DNA from: Candidatus Udaeobacter sp.
Lineage (GTDB): Bacteria > Verrucomicrobiota > Verrucomicrobiia > Chthoniobacterales > UBA10450
NCBI GenBank assembly: GCA_036522635.1
Contig: DATDFM010000071.1
Coordinates: 1 to 63,559, forward strand
Reading direction: 5' to 3'
Length of the DNA: 63,559 nt
The number at the start of each line of letters is the position of its first letter. Position 1 is the stretch's first letter. The notes beneath the pieces are model-generated. The model made no database searches, was not told the DNA's origin, and saw only the letters and a list, made by a program, of their open reading frames with translations. The position numbers were made by a program, and so were the translations under genes. Shown piece by piece: positions 43,661 through 54,224 of the stretch.

Positions 43661-44137
43661 TCAGGCGTGGGCCGCTTGGAGCACGGGCATGACGCGGGCA
43701 CGTTCCAGGTAGGTTGACCTGATACCCTCGAAATGCGCGCGAATACTACGCAACTCGGCATTCATAAAGCTGTCTACAAAATGTAGACGGCGGTCCAGCC
43801 ACGCGAAGAGCTTGTTCTTGATTTCGTAATGAATCGCGAGCGTCACCTCGGTGCACTGCGGTCGGATCTCAGCAAAATCGACGATACCCATGAGGGAAAT
43901 GTTTCCACCCACGGACTCGAACGCATATTGGTCTGGCGAATCGCCGTCGACCGACAACAGCACAGTGTGCGCCTCGAAACCGAACGGGCCGCGAAAGCTG
44001 AAATCGACGGTCTTGGATGATGTCACGGTCGCCCGCGTCACCATCAGAAACTGTCTTCGATAAGATTGGATACTGGCCAAACGTGCTTTGCACTCTGCCA
44101 CCGGCTGGCTCATGTGTAAGGTTTTTTCTAGGAGCAT
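43661..44137 (-). CDS. Hypothetical protein (possibly SRPBCC-like fold)
   Basis: The ORF is open to 44263. Start guessed at MLLEKTLHMSQ (44137). No motif recognised. Confidence 0.4.
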   Translation of the reverse strand: MLLEKTLHMSQPVAECKARLASIQSYRRQFLMVTRATVTSSKTVDFSFRGPFGFEAHTVLLSVDGDSPDQYAFESVGGNISLMGIVDFAEIRPQCTEVTLAIHYEIKNKLFAWLDRRLHFVDSFMNAELRSIRAHFEGIRSTYLERARVMPVLQAAHA

Positions 44138-44320
44138 AGACTTGAGTTGGTTTTGACCTCTTCTAAAGCAATACCGATGCCAACTCGTCACCGAAGGGGA
44201 AATGCAGGCCTTGGAGCGACTGTAGTGTTCGTTTTTGCTACAGCGTTGTAATGATCGCGACACCCCTAAACAGGGCGCGATTTGGGGGTGATTATCAGCT
44301 TTTCTCTTAGGCGGCGGATC

Positions 44321-45061
44321 TTACGCCACCTGTTCGACGCGCTCGAGTGTGTGAGTTGAGCGCGTCGTACGGATTGTTTCCATCATCGACAGAAAAATTT
44401 TCGCGCCGTCTGCACTGCCAAGTTGCGCATCCGAGGCCCGATCGGGATGTGGCATCAAACCGAAAACATTCCGTTCGCGGTTACAAATGCCTGCGATGTT
44501 TTCGATCGAGCCGTTTGGATTTGCTTCCGGAACGATCCGGCCCTCTTTGTCAGCGTATCGCAAGACCACTTGTTTATTTGCGTTGAGCTCACGCAATGTT
44601 TGCGGATCAGCAAAAAAGCAGCCTTCACCATGTGCAACAGGCAGGCGCAAAAGTGTTCCTCTCGGACAGCCGTGTGTGAAGAACGAATCATCTACCTCGA
44701 CACGCGTGATGACCACGTCACAAACAAACCGAAGTGAACGGTTTCGCACGAGCGCGCCTGGCAACAAGCCAGCCTCGCACAATACTTGAAAGCCATTGCA
44801 GGTGCCGAGCACCAGCTTGCCGGCGCGCGCGTTGCTGATTACTGCGTCCATAATCGGCGAAAAACGAGCGATGGCTCCACAGCGGAGGTAATCGCCATAG
44901 GCGAATCCACCAGGCAGAACGATCGCATCGAAAGCATCGAGCGACGTTTCCTTGTGCCACACGTATTCCGCTTCTAATCCGTCGAGCCCATTAATCGCTC
45001 GGACACAATCCTGGTCGCAATTGGAGCCGGGGAACTGAATGACCGCAAATTTCATGTTCAT
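44321..45061 (-). CDS. purQ: Phosphoribosylformylglycinamidine synthase, glutaminase subunit
   Basis: 246 aa. [23 protein letters not shown], catalytic GTCNGFQ, MPHPDR. Confidence 0.93.
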   Translation of the reverse strand: MNMKFAVIQFPGSNCDQDCVRAINGLDGLEAEYVWHKETSLDAFDAIVLPGGFAYGDYLRCGAIARFSPIMDAVISNARAGKLVLGTCNGFQVLCEAGLLPGALVRNRSLRFVCDVVITRVEVDDSFFTHGCPRGTLLRLPVAHGEGCFFADPQTLRELNANKQVVLRYADKEGRIVPEANPNGSIENIAGICNRERNVFGLMPHPDRASDAQLGSADGAKIFLSMMETIRTTRSTHTLERVEQVA

Positions 45062-45250
45062 CTAGTGTGCAACAGCAGCTGCGCGTTGTTCGGCGTGATA
45101 ATCGTTCACCACGAGACAAGCGTGAATGACTCCCGGGATCCAGCCAAGTAACGTCAAAATCAAGCTCAGGAAGAAACTCCCGATTCGGCCGGTCATCAGC
45201 ACCGCCAGCGGTGGAAAAACCACGCAGAAAAAATATCGCAGAGCTTTCAC
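45062..45250 (-). CDS. Pmp3/YqaE (UPF0057) family small hydrophobic protein
   Basis: 62 aa with two TM helices. FFCVVFPPLAVLM...LLGWIPGVIHACLVV family pattern. ATGA overlap with purS and directly abuts the purQ start. Confidence 0.75.
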   Translation of the reverse strand: MKALRYFFCVVFPPLAVLMTGRIGSFFLSLILTLLGWIPGVIHACLVVNDYHAEQRAAAVAH

Positions 45251-45546
45251 GACGCACTCTTCTCCTTCGCTTGAGTCTTTGGCTTCTTCTCTCTATTACT
45301 TCCCAGTTCGCCTTTCAACAATTCGTAGTCTTCAATGACCGGATTTGAGAGCAGATCGCGACAAAGCTGGTGCAGCCTCGACTCGAGCTCGCCGTTTTGG
45401 CCTTCGATCTCGATCTCCATGTATTTTCCAATTCGCACGCTGCGCACCTCCGGCATTCCCAGGTGACGCATGGCGTCACGGACCGCATTCCCTTGCGGAT
45501 CCAGCACCGCGGCTTTTGGCATGACGATGACTTTGGCGTTCATCAC
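45247..45546 (-). CDS. purS: Phosphoribosylformylglycinamidine synthase subunit PurS
   Basis: 99 aa. AKVIVMPKAAVLDPQGNAVRDAMRHLG is typical of PurS. Has a basic C-terminal extension. Confidence 0.88.
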   Translation of the reverse strand: MMNAKVIVMPKAAVLDPQGNAVRDAMRHLGMPEVRSVRIGKYMEIEIEGQNGELESRLHQLCRDLLSNPVIEDYELLKGELGSNREKKPKTQAKEKSAS

Positions 45547-45593
45547 GGCACAATATTGCGGTGATCTGCGGCGACAAGGGCAATCGCCACGAT

Positions 45594-47771
45594 TTACTTC
45601 AACACGATGACGTCCAGACCGCCGTTCCGTCGAAGAACATTGACCCCTACATCTCCTTCGTCGTGTCTGGTGAGTAGAAGATCAACGCTTGCATCTCCGA
45701 CCTTCAGATCACGAATGCTGACTTGCGGAAGAAATTGCGGCAAGAATGGCTTCGAAAACACCAGCCTTCCTTCAGGCGCAAAAATTTCGAGCCCGAGACC
45801 CGCCTGCAGCAAAAGAAATACGGCGCCAGAAGCCCACGCCTGCGGAGCGCAGGCGACCGGATAGGATGTGGGCGCTTCACCGGGCCGTCGCGGGAACCCG
45901 CAAAATAGTTCCGGAAGACGATGTAAATCGAAGAAGATGCTCGCGTCCATCATACCCGCGAGCACCATGGCCTCTGATCCCTTCAGGTCGTATCTCGCGA
46001 ATCCAGCAGCGATGAGGGAATTATCGTGCGGCCAGATCGACCCATTATGATATGACATCGGGTTGTACCGCGCCTCGCTGCTGGCTACGGTGCGAATTCC
46101 CCATCCAGAAAAAGATGTGTCGTCGGTCAACGTGGTCGCAACGCGCCGCGCGTGTTCGTCGGTCGCAATACCCGCAAAAAGACAATGTCCCGCATTCGAC
46201 GTTCGCACACGGCATGGTCGTTTACTGCCGTCCAAAGCGAGGGCGTACGTCGAAATGTCTTCGCACCAGAACACCTCCTCGAACCGGCGACGCAGAGTCT
46301 TGGCCTGGTTCTTTAGCTCTCGTGCAGCTGTGGCATCGCCCAATAGCACAGCTAGTTCGCTCGCCGCGAGCTTCGCGGCGTAGACATAGCTTTGCACTTC
46401 GCACAGAGCGATCGGCGCCTCCGCAAGAGTGCCGTCGCTGTGAAAAACCGAGTCATGAGAATCTTTCCAACCCTGATGAATAAGACCGTGCTTCGACCTG
46501 CGACTGTATTCGACAAATCCATCGCCATCTGCATCGCCGTAACGGTTAATCCATTCCAGCGCGCGCTGGACGTTCGACCAAATCGACTCGATAAACGCGC
46601 GATCGCCTGTGCGCTGATAATATGCGCCCGCCAGCATCACAAAAAGGGGCGTCGCATCGATGCTCCCGTAATAGCGCCTGAATGGCACCTCACCCAGGAC
46701 CGACATTTCATCATCGCGGAATTCATGCAGCACCTTTCCAGGTTGCGCATCTTGCTCGGGTTTCTCAGCGTCGGCTTGATTGGCAGCGAGATACGCGAGG
46801 ACACCGCGCGCCATGGATGGATCGAACCACAAACATTGTAGTGCCGTGATAATTCCGTCGCGGCCGAACACGGTGCTGAACCAGGGAACACCAGCATACG
46901 GATAAGGGCCGTACGACGTCTCCGTTCGCATCATGTGAAGATCGGCCAACGAACGGTTCAGCCAGTCGTTAAACTGTTCGTTGTCGGCGAAGATCTGCGG
47001 TTCGCGCGCACGAGTGTGTTCAAGGGCACAGCTTGCTTCCTGCATGATCTTTTCATAAGACGTGCTCTCGGCGTGCGAATCGCCGTCGACCTCGCATGCG
47101 ACTGCCCATTGATAACTGGCATTCTCGCCAGGCTCCAAATGGATCTGGCAGCTGACAACAGATTTAGTCACACGAGTGGGCTTGGGATCGAACATGATCC
47201 GCGTCCGACGAAGCCGATGGTCCAATCCCTCATATCCGAGCACAAGTCCGTCGTGCGTGATCTCGGGTTCCAAGTGACGACCATGATGCTCCCGATGCAT
47301 GCCACGGAGTTCGAAAATATCGGCAAAATCGGCATCGAAATCGATCGACAAAACAAAATCGACAGCGGCACGCCCGTAGTTATGAATGCGAAGCCGTTCG
47401 TGACACGCTTTGTCCCACAAAATCTTTGAGCGAAACACGTGTATCGTCCCTCTTGGAACTACTATTTCGCTGTCGCGCCAGACATCAGGGTTTGTAGCGT
47501 CTACAGCAAGGACAGCGTTGTCCTCCCGCACAGTCGAGCTGAGTAGCAGGGGCCGATCCTTTCCGATTTTCAAAGTCTGCCGGGACAAGAACCGTGTGTC
47601 TTGGTAGTACAGTCCGAGTTCGCCGGTCCCCAGCGACTCGATGTCGCCAAATCGATCGAACACAGCGTACATGTCTCCCTGTTTCAAAACCCGCGTGCGC
47701 ACATCCACGCGGGCTGAAGAGGAACGAATGTAAAACTCGTTCCGGACACGAATCACCTCTCCCCTGGCCAT
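45594..47771 (-). CDS. Amylo-alpha-1,6-glucosidase / glycogen debranching enzyme-like protein (GDE_N + GDE_C)
   Basis: 725 aa. GVPWFSTVFGRDGIIT motif and the (alpha/alpha)6-barrel C-terminal half (HNGSIWPHDN). Confidence 0.85.
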   Translation of the reverse strand: MARGEVIRVRNEFYIRSSSARVDVRTRVLKQGDMYAVFDRFGDIESLGTGELGLYYQDTRFLSRQTLKIGKDRPLLLSSTVREDNAVLAVDATNPDVWRDSEIVVPRGTIHVFRSKILWDKACHERLRIHNYGRAAVDFVLSIDFDADFADIFELRGMHREHHGRHLEPEITHDGLVLGYEGLDHRLRRTRIMFDPKPTRVTKSVVSCQIHLEPGENASYQWAVACEVDGDSHAESTSYEKIMQEASCALEHTRAREPQIFADNEQFNDWLNRSLADLHMMRTETSYGPYPYAGVPWFSTVFGRDGIITALQCLWFDPSMARGVLAYLAANQADAEKPEQDAQPGKVLHEFRDDEMSVLGEVPFRRYYGSIDATPLFVMLAGAYYQRTGDRAFIESIWSNVQRALEWINRYGDADGDGFVEYSRRSKHGLIHQGWKDSHDSVFHSDGTLAEAPIALCEVQSYVYAAKLAASELAVLLGDATAARELKNQAKTLRRRFEEVFWCEDISTYALALDGSKRPCRVRTSNAGHCLFAGIATDEHARRVATTLTDDTSFSGWGIRTVASSEARYNPMSYHNGSIWPHDNSLIAAGFARYDLKGSEAMVLAGMMDASIFFDLHRLPELFCGFPRRPGEAPTSYPVACAPQAWASGAVFLLLQAGLGLEIFAPEGRLVFSKPFLPQFLPQVSIRDLKVGDASVDLLLTRHDEGDVGVNVLRRNGGLDVIVLK

Positions 47772-48826
47772 TAGGCGGCCTCCGACACTTCCTGGCTTCT
47801 GGCGATCAAGCGTTCGAATTGCTGAATGTAGTCATGTGCCATCCGCGTCGCGGTAAAGCATTGTTCGAACACATCGCGACAGTGTTTCCGGCTCAATTCA
47901 GCTACTCGACGAACCGCCTCGACCGCATCGGGCATTGTTTCAACGACGAAGCCGGTGTGACCCGTCTCTACCAGTTCGGGTACTGCACCGCCACGATAAG
48001 CGACAACGGGAGTCCCGCAGGCCATTGCCTCAATTATCACCAACCCGAACGGCTCCGGCCAATCGATCGGGAACAGCAACGCATACGCATTTCCCAGGAA
48101 TTCATCTTTGTCCATATCCCCGATTTCGCCCACGAATTCCACGAGTGAATCACGCAGCAACGGTGCGATCACCGAGTCAAAGTAATCTTTGTCTACCAGA
48201 TCGACTTTTGCTGCGATTTTCAGTGGCATTCCGACCTGCTTCGCAATTTCAATCGCGCGGTCGACTCTTTTCTCGGGCGAAATTCGTCCCAGAAAAGCAA
48301 GATAACGCCCGGCCCCGGGGCGAAATCGATAAAGGTCACGGGGTAAACCGTGATAGACGGTCGCTTGCCAGTTGGCCCACGGCAACGGCTCCCGTTGTCC
48401 ATTTGAGATCGAGATCACAGGCATGTCGCGAAACTCCTGATACAATGGAACTAGATCTGGAATATCCAGCCGCCCATGTAAGGTCGTTACTTGTGTAATC
48501 GCCTCTCTTCGGCTGAGTGGGAAATGCAGGTAATCGACATGAAAATGAATGATGTCGAACTCGTCTGCGTGCTGGAAAACACGTTCCAGCATCACAAAAT
48601 GGTGCGCCATTTGGTTTTGACAATCTTTGTCCAAACGCAACGACCGTTGGCACGGCGCCATCAAACTTGCGTTTGTCTCCGAATCGCCGCTCGCAAATAG
48701 GGTCACTTCGTGGCCCTGTCGCACCAGTTCCTCGGTGAGATATGACACAACCCGTTCTGTTCCCCCGTAATATTTTGGCGGCACGCTTTCATAAAGCGGC
48801 GCCACCTGTGCAATTCTCATACCCAA
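47771..48826 (-). CDS. Glycosyltransferase family 4 (GT-B, GT1 clan)
   Basis: 351 aa. EPFGLVIIEAMACGTPVVA (E-x7-E region). Its TAA stop overlaps the ATG of the downstream GDE-like gene (TAATG). Confidence 0.88.
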   Translation of the reverse strand: MGMRIAQVAPLYESVPPKYYGGTERVVSYLTEELVRQGHEVTLFASGDSETNASLMAPCQRSLRLDKDCQNQMAHHFVMLERVFQHADEFDIIHFHVDYLHFPLSRREAITQVTTLHGRLDIPDLVPLYQEFRDMPVISISNGQREPLPWANWQATVYHGLPRDLYRFRPGAGRYLAFLGRISPEKRVDRAIEIAKQVGMPLKIAAKVDLVDKDYFDSVIAPLLRDSLVEFVGEIGDMDKDEFLGNAYALLFPIDWPEPFGLVIIEAMACGTPVVAYRGGAVPELVETGHTGFVVETMPDAVEAVRRVAELSRKHCRDVFEQCFTATRMAHDYIQQFERLIARSQEVSEAA

Positions 48827-49031
48827 ATTAAACCCTCCATCGTTGAAATTTTTGACCCAGCCGGGTCAATCATCGCCGTGTGCACGGCAGAATTACTATC
48901 GATGCGCCACCCCGTCCGCGCGACCAATTTTCCCGGCCCCTTATGTTCGAGTACGCGAATGAAAACGCGTGCACATTTTGGCGTTCGTTTTTCGACAGAA
49001 GCGTCGGCGTAGGCAGCACCGCACGCGGCCA

Positions 49032-50765
49032 TCAACGGGTTGGCGCTTCGCGAACAACTTCGCCCGGCTTTTTATCGTCGCGCAATCCCATGAAAACCGG
49101 TGCACGCAATTTTCCGTCTCGCGTCCACTCGGCAAATTTGATCTCGGCCACAAACTTTGGATTGATCCAGTGTATCTTTTTCATCATCGAGGGTGTGATG
49201 CCCAGCACCCATTGGCCGTTTTGTTTTGATGGGAGATCGACAAACGGACAGTCGGTACGCTCCTCGGCGCGGAATTTCTTGTGCAATGCATTTAATGATT
49301 TTGTCGTGAATCCAGTCCCGGCCTTACCGGCGAACACGAGATCGCGATGCTTGTAGTAGCCTACGAGAATTGCGCCGAAATGTTTGCGCGCTCCTTGCGG
49401 CGGCGTGAATCCGCCAATGACAAATTCCTGTTCGTTAAGGCATTTGAGCTTTATCCACGCGCCGCTTCTCCGGCCGGGTTCATAAACTGAGTTGCGCAAT
49501 TTCCCAATGATTCCTTCCAGGCCGCGGCGTTGCACTTCCCTGAGAAGTTGGTTGGCATCTCCATCAATCGCGCCCGAGTAGCGAATCCGTAAGTCCGCGG
49601 CACTCGCACACAGATTCTCTAAAACGTTCTTCCGCGCCTGTAACGGCAGCGAAACGAGACTTTTGCCATCGAGCTGAACAAGGTCGAACGCATAAAAATA
49701 AACGGGCGATTTTCGTCCTTCCATCTCGCGCGCTTGCAAAAGTTGAAACGACGAACGGCCCTCTTCGTCAAGCGCGACTACTTCGCCATCAATCACACAT
49801 TCATCCACGGTCAAATTTTCGACCGCATCGACGATCTCGGGAAAACGCGCGCTCAAATCGTTTTGATTTCGCGAGAGTAGCGAAACTCTTTCATGGTCTT
49901 TGATGGCAATCAGGCGGATGCCGTCGAATTTGAGCTCATAAATCCAGTCGCCGGCAGCCGGCGGTTTTTCCACCAGTTTCGCTTTCATCGGTTCGACGAA
50001 ACGGGGTTTTGCCGAAGGCAATTTTGGTAGGGATGACTCGTTGAGCCGTCCGCGCGCTTCCCCTGAAACAGTGTCCCGGCGTGTGCCGCGGTCTCGCTTT
50101 ACCGGCTCATCTTTTACTTTTTTTTTAACCGCCTCGCGAATTCGCGCCTTGAATTGTGATGTCGGACTTTGGTCTTCAACACGATTTGATTGCCACTCAG
50201 CATCCCGTGCATCCGCGATCTGTTTCATCGTGCGACCGGTCTTAACCGATTGGTCGTCGAGCTTGCTTGAAATCGCTTTGATGTCGTGGCCGGTCTTTAG
50301 GATCAACCACTGATTCTTTTCGCCCTCGCGGCCACGGATCCGTACGAGGGTCCATTCGCCTTTCGCCTTTTTGCCATCGAGAACGAGGTGCAGCTTTCCT
50401 TCCTTCAGCGATTTTACGGGTTGCTCGCCGTAAACGTAGTACGCGCCACGATCCCAGACCATCACCGTACCCCCACCATACTGACCCTCAGGAATCACTC
50501 CTTCGAACTCTTCGTATTCAATCGGATGGTCCTCGACTTCGACGGCAAGATGTTTCTCGCCGCGCTTCCAGGGAAGTCCTTTTGGTAGCGCCCACGATTT
50601 CAATACGCCTTCCATTTCCAGGCGGAAGTCGTAATGCAATCGACGCGCGGCATGTTTTTGAATAACGAACCGCGACGCGCCTTTGATTCTCTTCGGCAGC
50701 GGTTTGCCTGCAGGTTCAGCGGTTTTCCCGAAATCGCGTTTACGTTTGTATTCGGTTAATCCCAT
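49032..50765 (-). CDS. ligD: ATP-dependent DNA ligase LigD, 3'-phosphoesterase + ligase domains (no Pol domain)
   Basis: PE domain RFVIQKHAARRLHYDFRLE. Ligase adenylation motif YELKFDGIR. Start taken at MGLTEYKRKRDF (50765); the ORF is open to 50807. Confidence 0.88.
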   Translation of the reverse strand: MGLTEYKRKRDFGKTAEPAGKPLPKRIKGASRFVIQKHAARRLHYDFRLEMEGVLKSWALPKGLPWKRGEKHLAVEVEDHPIEYEEFEGVIPEGQYGGGTVMVWDRGAYYVYGEQPVKSLKEGKLHLVLDGKKAKGEWTLVRIRGREGEKNQWLILKTGHDIKAISSKLDDQSVKTGRTMKQIADARDAEWQSNRVEDQSPTSQFKARIREAVKKKVKDEPVKRDRGTRRDTVSGEARGRLNESSLPKLPSAKPRFVEPMKAKLVEKPPAAGDWIYELKFDGIRLIAIKDHERVSLLSRNQNDLSARFPEIVDAVENLTVDECVIDGEVVALDEEGRSSFQLLQAREMEGRKSPVYFYAFDLVQLDGKSLVSLPLQARKNVLENLCASAADLRIRYSGAIDGDANQLLREVQRRGLEGIIGKLRNSVYEPGRRSGAWIKLKCLNEQEFVIGGFTPPQGARKHFGAILVGYYKHRDLVFAGKAGTGFTTKSLNALHKKFRAEERTDCPFVDLPSKQNGQWVLGITPSMMKKIHWINPKFVAEIKFAEWTRDGKLRAPVFMGLRDDKKPGEVVREAPTR

Positions 50766-51114
50766 CTGATTAAAGAGTAACCACAGATTGGTTAAGGCCA
50801 ACAACAAGCCTTCAACAAGTCTAAGGACGACTCAGGAGATTTCATGGCCGAGTACCGATGGATTTAGGACCTGAGACCGAAAAGCTAGGCACACTTCAAA
50901 TTTCGCCGTTTACGTAGTCAAAAAAGCCGCATTCGCGCCGACGAATCCGCGTGGCGAGAAATGGAAAGCCGCAGCCGATTCGAAATAGAAGAGCGAGGAG
51001 ATTTGAAACCTGCGCTGCCATACAGCGTGACTAAAACAATTCGCCGCCATTGCGCTGCGTGACAACAAAACAGCATAGTGATACAAACAGTGGGCGAAAT
51101 TTGCGACTGGCCGC

Positions 51115-52716
51115 ATGAAGTCCACCTTTTCCATTTTCTGCGTCCTCTTTGCCGTGTTCTTCAAGCCGGTAGTTCCAGCGAGCGCGCAAGTCAATGTCAC
51201 GCAATTTCATAATCACCAATCACGTGACGGCCTTTACATTGATCCCGCGTTTACCAGAAGTGCAGCGGTCAATCTGGCACGCGACCTGACTTTCGACGGC
51301 ACCATTCTCGGCAACGTTTACGCTCAGCCGCTTTACATCGAGAACGGACCGGCCGGCAAAGCGCTGATCATTGTGGCGACGGAATCAAATAATGTCTATG
51401 CGCTTGATGCGGGTAATGGCACCGTTGTCTGGCAAAGAAATGTGGGCGAGCCAGTATCGGCTGACGATCTTACATGCACCAAGCTTGATCCCATAGGAAT
51501 CACTGGCACGCCTGTTGTCGATCTCGCATCACGTGCGCTCTTTTTCGACGCGATGATCACGCCCGATGGTGGCACCACTAAAAAGCACCTTATCTTTTCG
51601 CTGGATGTGGATACCGGCGACATCAACCCAGGGTGGCCCGTGGATGTAGACGCCATTACATATAACGGCATACATTTTGATGCTTCGATCCAGCAGCAAC
51701 GACCGGCGCTCGGCATCGTAGGCAAGGTTCTTTACGTTGGCTACGGGAGCATGAGAGATTGCAGTGCCTATCATGGCTGGCTTGTAGGCGTGCCGATTGG
51801 GGATCCGGCCAACATAACAGCGTGGGCCGCGGCGACTAAAACCCGCGGCGGCGCCATATGGGGAGTCGGCGGCATCGCCAGCGATGGCAAGAACCCGTTT
51901 GTTACCACCGGTAACACTTTCAATCCGCCAGATTGGGAAGGCGGACACGCCGTGATTCGCTTCCTGCCTGGGCCGATTTTTAGCGGCTCGCCTAACGACT
52001 ACTGGGTGCCTGAAAACTGGCCCGTGCTTGACAATATCGAGGCGGATTTGGGCAGCTCCGGTCCATTGTTGCTGGACGTGCCCGGCGCCACCCCTTCGCA
52101 TCTCGTCGTCGCTTTGGGCAAGGACCGCAACATGTATTTGGTTAATCGAGACAATCTCGGCGGAATCAGTGCGCCCATAGCCAGATCTGTGGTTGCTAAC
52201 AATACTATCCTTCAGGCCGGCGTCGCCTACCGCACCGAACAAAGCACCCATGTCGCGCTCCGCGCTAACAATGACGGGAACACTTTTCTTTCGGCGGTGC
52301 GCATTACTGCGACTAACCCGCCCAGGATTGTCAGCGCTTGGGGCGTGAACCGAAATGCCGGCGGTTGCGGTTCACCCTTTGTCACCTCAACTGACGGCAC
52401 CAATAACATGATCGTATGGGTAGTCGGCACGGAAGATCATCTTACAAGAGGGGACCAGCGGTTACACGGTTATGATGGTGATACGGGAGCCGTCGTTTAC
52501 GATGGTGGCGGGCCAAACGAACTGATGGCCGGAACACATTACTACAGCACCACGGGTATTGTGGCTCGCGGACGCCTCTATGTCGCCGGAGACAATAAAG
52601 TTTATGCCTTTGAGATGACCAGACCAAATCCGACTCCGAGACCTGCTCCAATCCCGAGAAAGCGCCTCGCCCACTCCGACCGCGCTGAAACAACGCGATC
52701 TGTACCGAATCGGTAG
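51115..52716 (+). CDS. Secreted PQQ-like beta-propeller repeat protein
   Basis: 533 aa. Signal peptide MKSTFSIFCVLFAVFFKPVVPASA. Repeats of the type NNVYALDAGNGTVVWQ. Pro-rich C-terminal tail. Confidence 0.75.
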   Translation: MKSTFSIFCVLFAVFFKPVVPASAQVNVTQFHNHQSRDGLYIDPAFTRSAAVNLARDLTFDGTILGNVYAQPLYIENGPAGKALIIVATESNNVYALDAGNGTVVWQRNVGEPVSADDLTCTKLDPIGITGTPVVDLASRALFFDAMITPDGGTTKKHLIFSLDVDTGDINPGWPVDVDAITYNGIHFDASIQQQRPALGIVGKVLYVGYGSMRDCSAYHGWLVGVPIGDPANITAWAAATKTRGGAIWGVGGIASDGKNPFVTTGNTFNPPDWEGGHAVIRFLPGPIFSGSPNDYWVPENWPVLDNIEADLGSSGPLLLDVPGATPSHLVVALGKDRNMYLVNRDNLGGISAPIARSVVANNTILQAGVAYRTEQSTHVALRANNDGNTFLSAVRITATNPPRIVSAWGVNRNAGGCGSPFVTSTDGTNNMIVWVVGTEDHLTRGDQRLHGYDGDTGAVVYDGGGPNELMAGTHYYSTTGIVARGRLYVAGDNKVYAFEMTRPNPTPRPAPIPRKRLAHSDRAETTRSVPNR

Positions 52717-52725
52717 CAGTGACTG

Positions 52726-53343
52726 CTAGCTCTCGCTCGGCAGGGGCTCGCCCACCAGATACCGAACGAAGCGGCGAATGACGATGTTTTCCCCGAGTTC
52801 GGCAATCTTGGAATTCAGCAAGTCGCTAATGGTCACATCGGGATTCTTGATAAAGGCCTGCTCGAGCAGGCAGACTGTGCTGTAGAATTTCTCGAGTTTA
52901 CCCTCAACAATTTTGTCCGCCACGTGCGCCGGCTTGCCTTGCACCTGTGCCTTGTAGATTTCCCGTTCCGCCTCGATCAGATTGCCCGGAACATCGGCGC
53001 GATTGACGTAGAGCGGATGCGCAGCCGCGATATGCAGTGTGATATCTTTTACGAACTCTCGGAAATTGTCGTTTCTCGCCACGAAATCCGTCTCGCAATT
53101 CACCTCTACGAGCACACCAACCTTGCCTTGAAGATGAATATATGAGGCAACGATTCCTTCCTTTGTCGCGCGGGTGGCTTTTTTCGCGGCACTGGCGATG
53201 CCTTTTGTGCGCAAAATCGTTTCGGCTTTCTCCAGGTCGCCGCCGCTCTCGACGAGAGCGCGCTTGCAATCCATGAATCCGGCGTTGGTCTTTTCACGGA
53301 GTTGCTTGACGAGTTTTGGATCTATTTCAGTTGTTGCGTTCAT
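52726..53343 (-). CDS. tsf: Translation elongation factor Ts (short form)
   Basis: 205 aa. LVKQLREKTNAGFMDCKRALVESGGDLEKA UBA-like N-terminus. Lies downstream of rpsB. Confidence 0.93.
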   Translation of the reverse strand: MNATTEIDPKLVKQLREKTNAGFMDCKRALVESGGDLEKAETILRTKGIASAAKKATRATKEGIVASYIHLQGKVGVLVEVNCETDFVARNDNFREFVKDITLHIAAAHPLYVNRADVPGNLIEAEREIYKAQVQGKPAHVADKIVEGKLEKFYSTVCLLEQAFIKNPDVTISDLLNSKIAELGENIVIRRFVRYLVGEPLPSES

Positions 53344-53399
53344 TAGATTCTTAGAGCCGTTAAAGCGTCAGCGCGTTGAGTCGCCGACCTGGTGTGGCT

Positions 53400-54131
53400 T
53401 CAGGCCGATACGCCTGCCATTTCCACCTGTTCGCGGATGCGGGCCTCGCTGCTGGCAGAAACAATCGCGTCAACGAGTTTCTGCAAAATCACTCGGATCG
53501 CGCGGATGGCATCGTCGTTCCCCGCAATCGGATAATCGACGAGTTCAGGGTCGGCGTTGGTATCGACAATGGCGACCACCGGGATCGCTAGCCGACGCGC
53601 CTCATTGACGGCGTTTTGCTCCCGGAGCGTATCGATCACCACCAGTGCATCGGGTAATTCTGACATTTCGAGAATTCCTTCGAGATTGCGCCTGAGTTTT
53701 GCAGCCTCACGGTTTAGCGCAGCCAGTTCTTGTTTTCCCATCTTCTTGTATTCCGGGGACTGCTCGATCTGTTCGATGTATTTTAATCGGCCGATGCTCT
53801 TGCGGATTGTGGCAAGATTGGTCAGCGTGCCGCCCAACCAGCGTTGGTTTACGTAGAATTGTCCGCAAGCCAATGCGGCTTCTTTTATGGCTTCCTGCGC
53901 TTGCTTTTTGCACCCGACGAATAGAATCCGGCCGCCGCGGCGCGCGATTTCTTGAAGGAAATCGGTGGCTCGCCGGAGCTGCCTAACCGTTTCATCAAGA
54001 TTGATGATGTAAATCTGATTGCGTTGTTCAAAGATGAAAGGCTTCATCTTCGGATTCCAACGCTTCGTCTGGTGTCCAAAATGAACACCAGCTTCCAATA
54101 ATTCAGGCACTAATTCTGTTGTTTCTGCCAT
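53400..54131 (-). CDS. rpsB: 30S ribosomal protein S2
   Basis: 243 aa. LLEAGVHFGHQTKRWNPKMKPFIF. Confidence 0.95.
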   Translation of the reverse strand: MAETTELVPELLEAGVHFGHQTKRWNPKMKPFIFEQRNQIYIINLDETVRQLRRATDFLQEIARRGGRILFVGCKKQAQEAIKEAALACGQFYVNQRWLGGTLTNLATIRKSIGRLKYIEQIEQSPEYKKMGKQELAALNREAAKLRRNLEGILEMSELPDALVVIDTLREQNAVNEARRLAIPVVAIVDTNADPELVDYPIAGNDDAIRAIRVILQKLVDAIVSASSEARIREQVEMAGVSA

Positions 54132-54224
54132 AAGCGAGATTCCCGAAGGCGGGACACTCCCAGAGCGGGAGGGTGAAGATGCTATATCAGACGCCTGTTC
54201 GCAACATGAAATTCGCTAGCCAAA

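Noticed and set aside
50808-51114. 308-nt intergenic region between divergent ligD and the beta-propeller gene, examined for an ncRNA or riboswitch
   Set aside because: It contains only short, weak hairpins (for example CGCTG-ccata-CAGCG). I recognised no conserved riboswitch, RNase P, tmRNA, 6S or SRP motifs. It most likely holds just divergent promoters.
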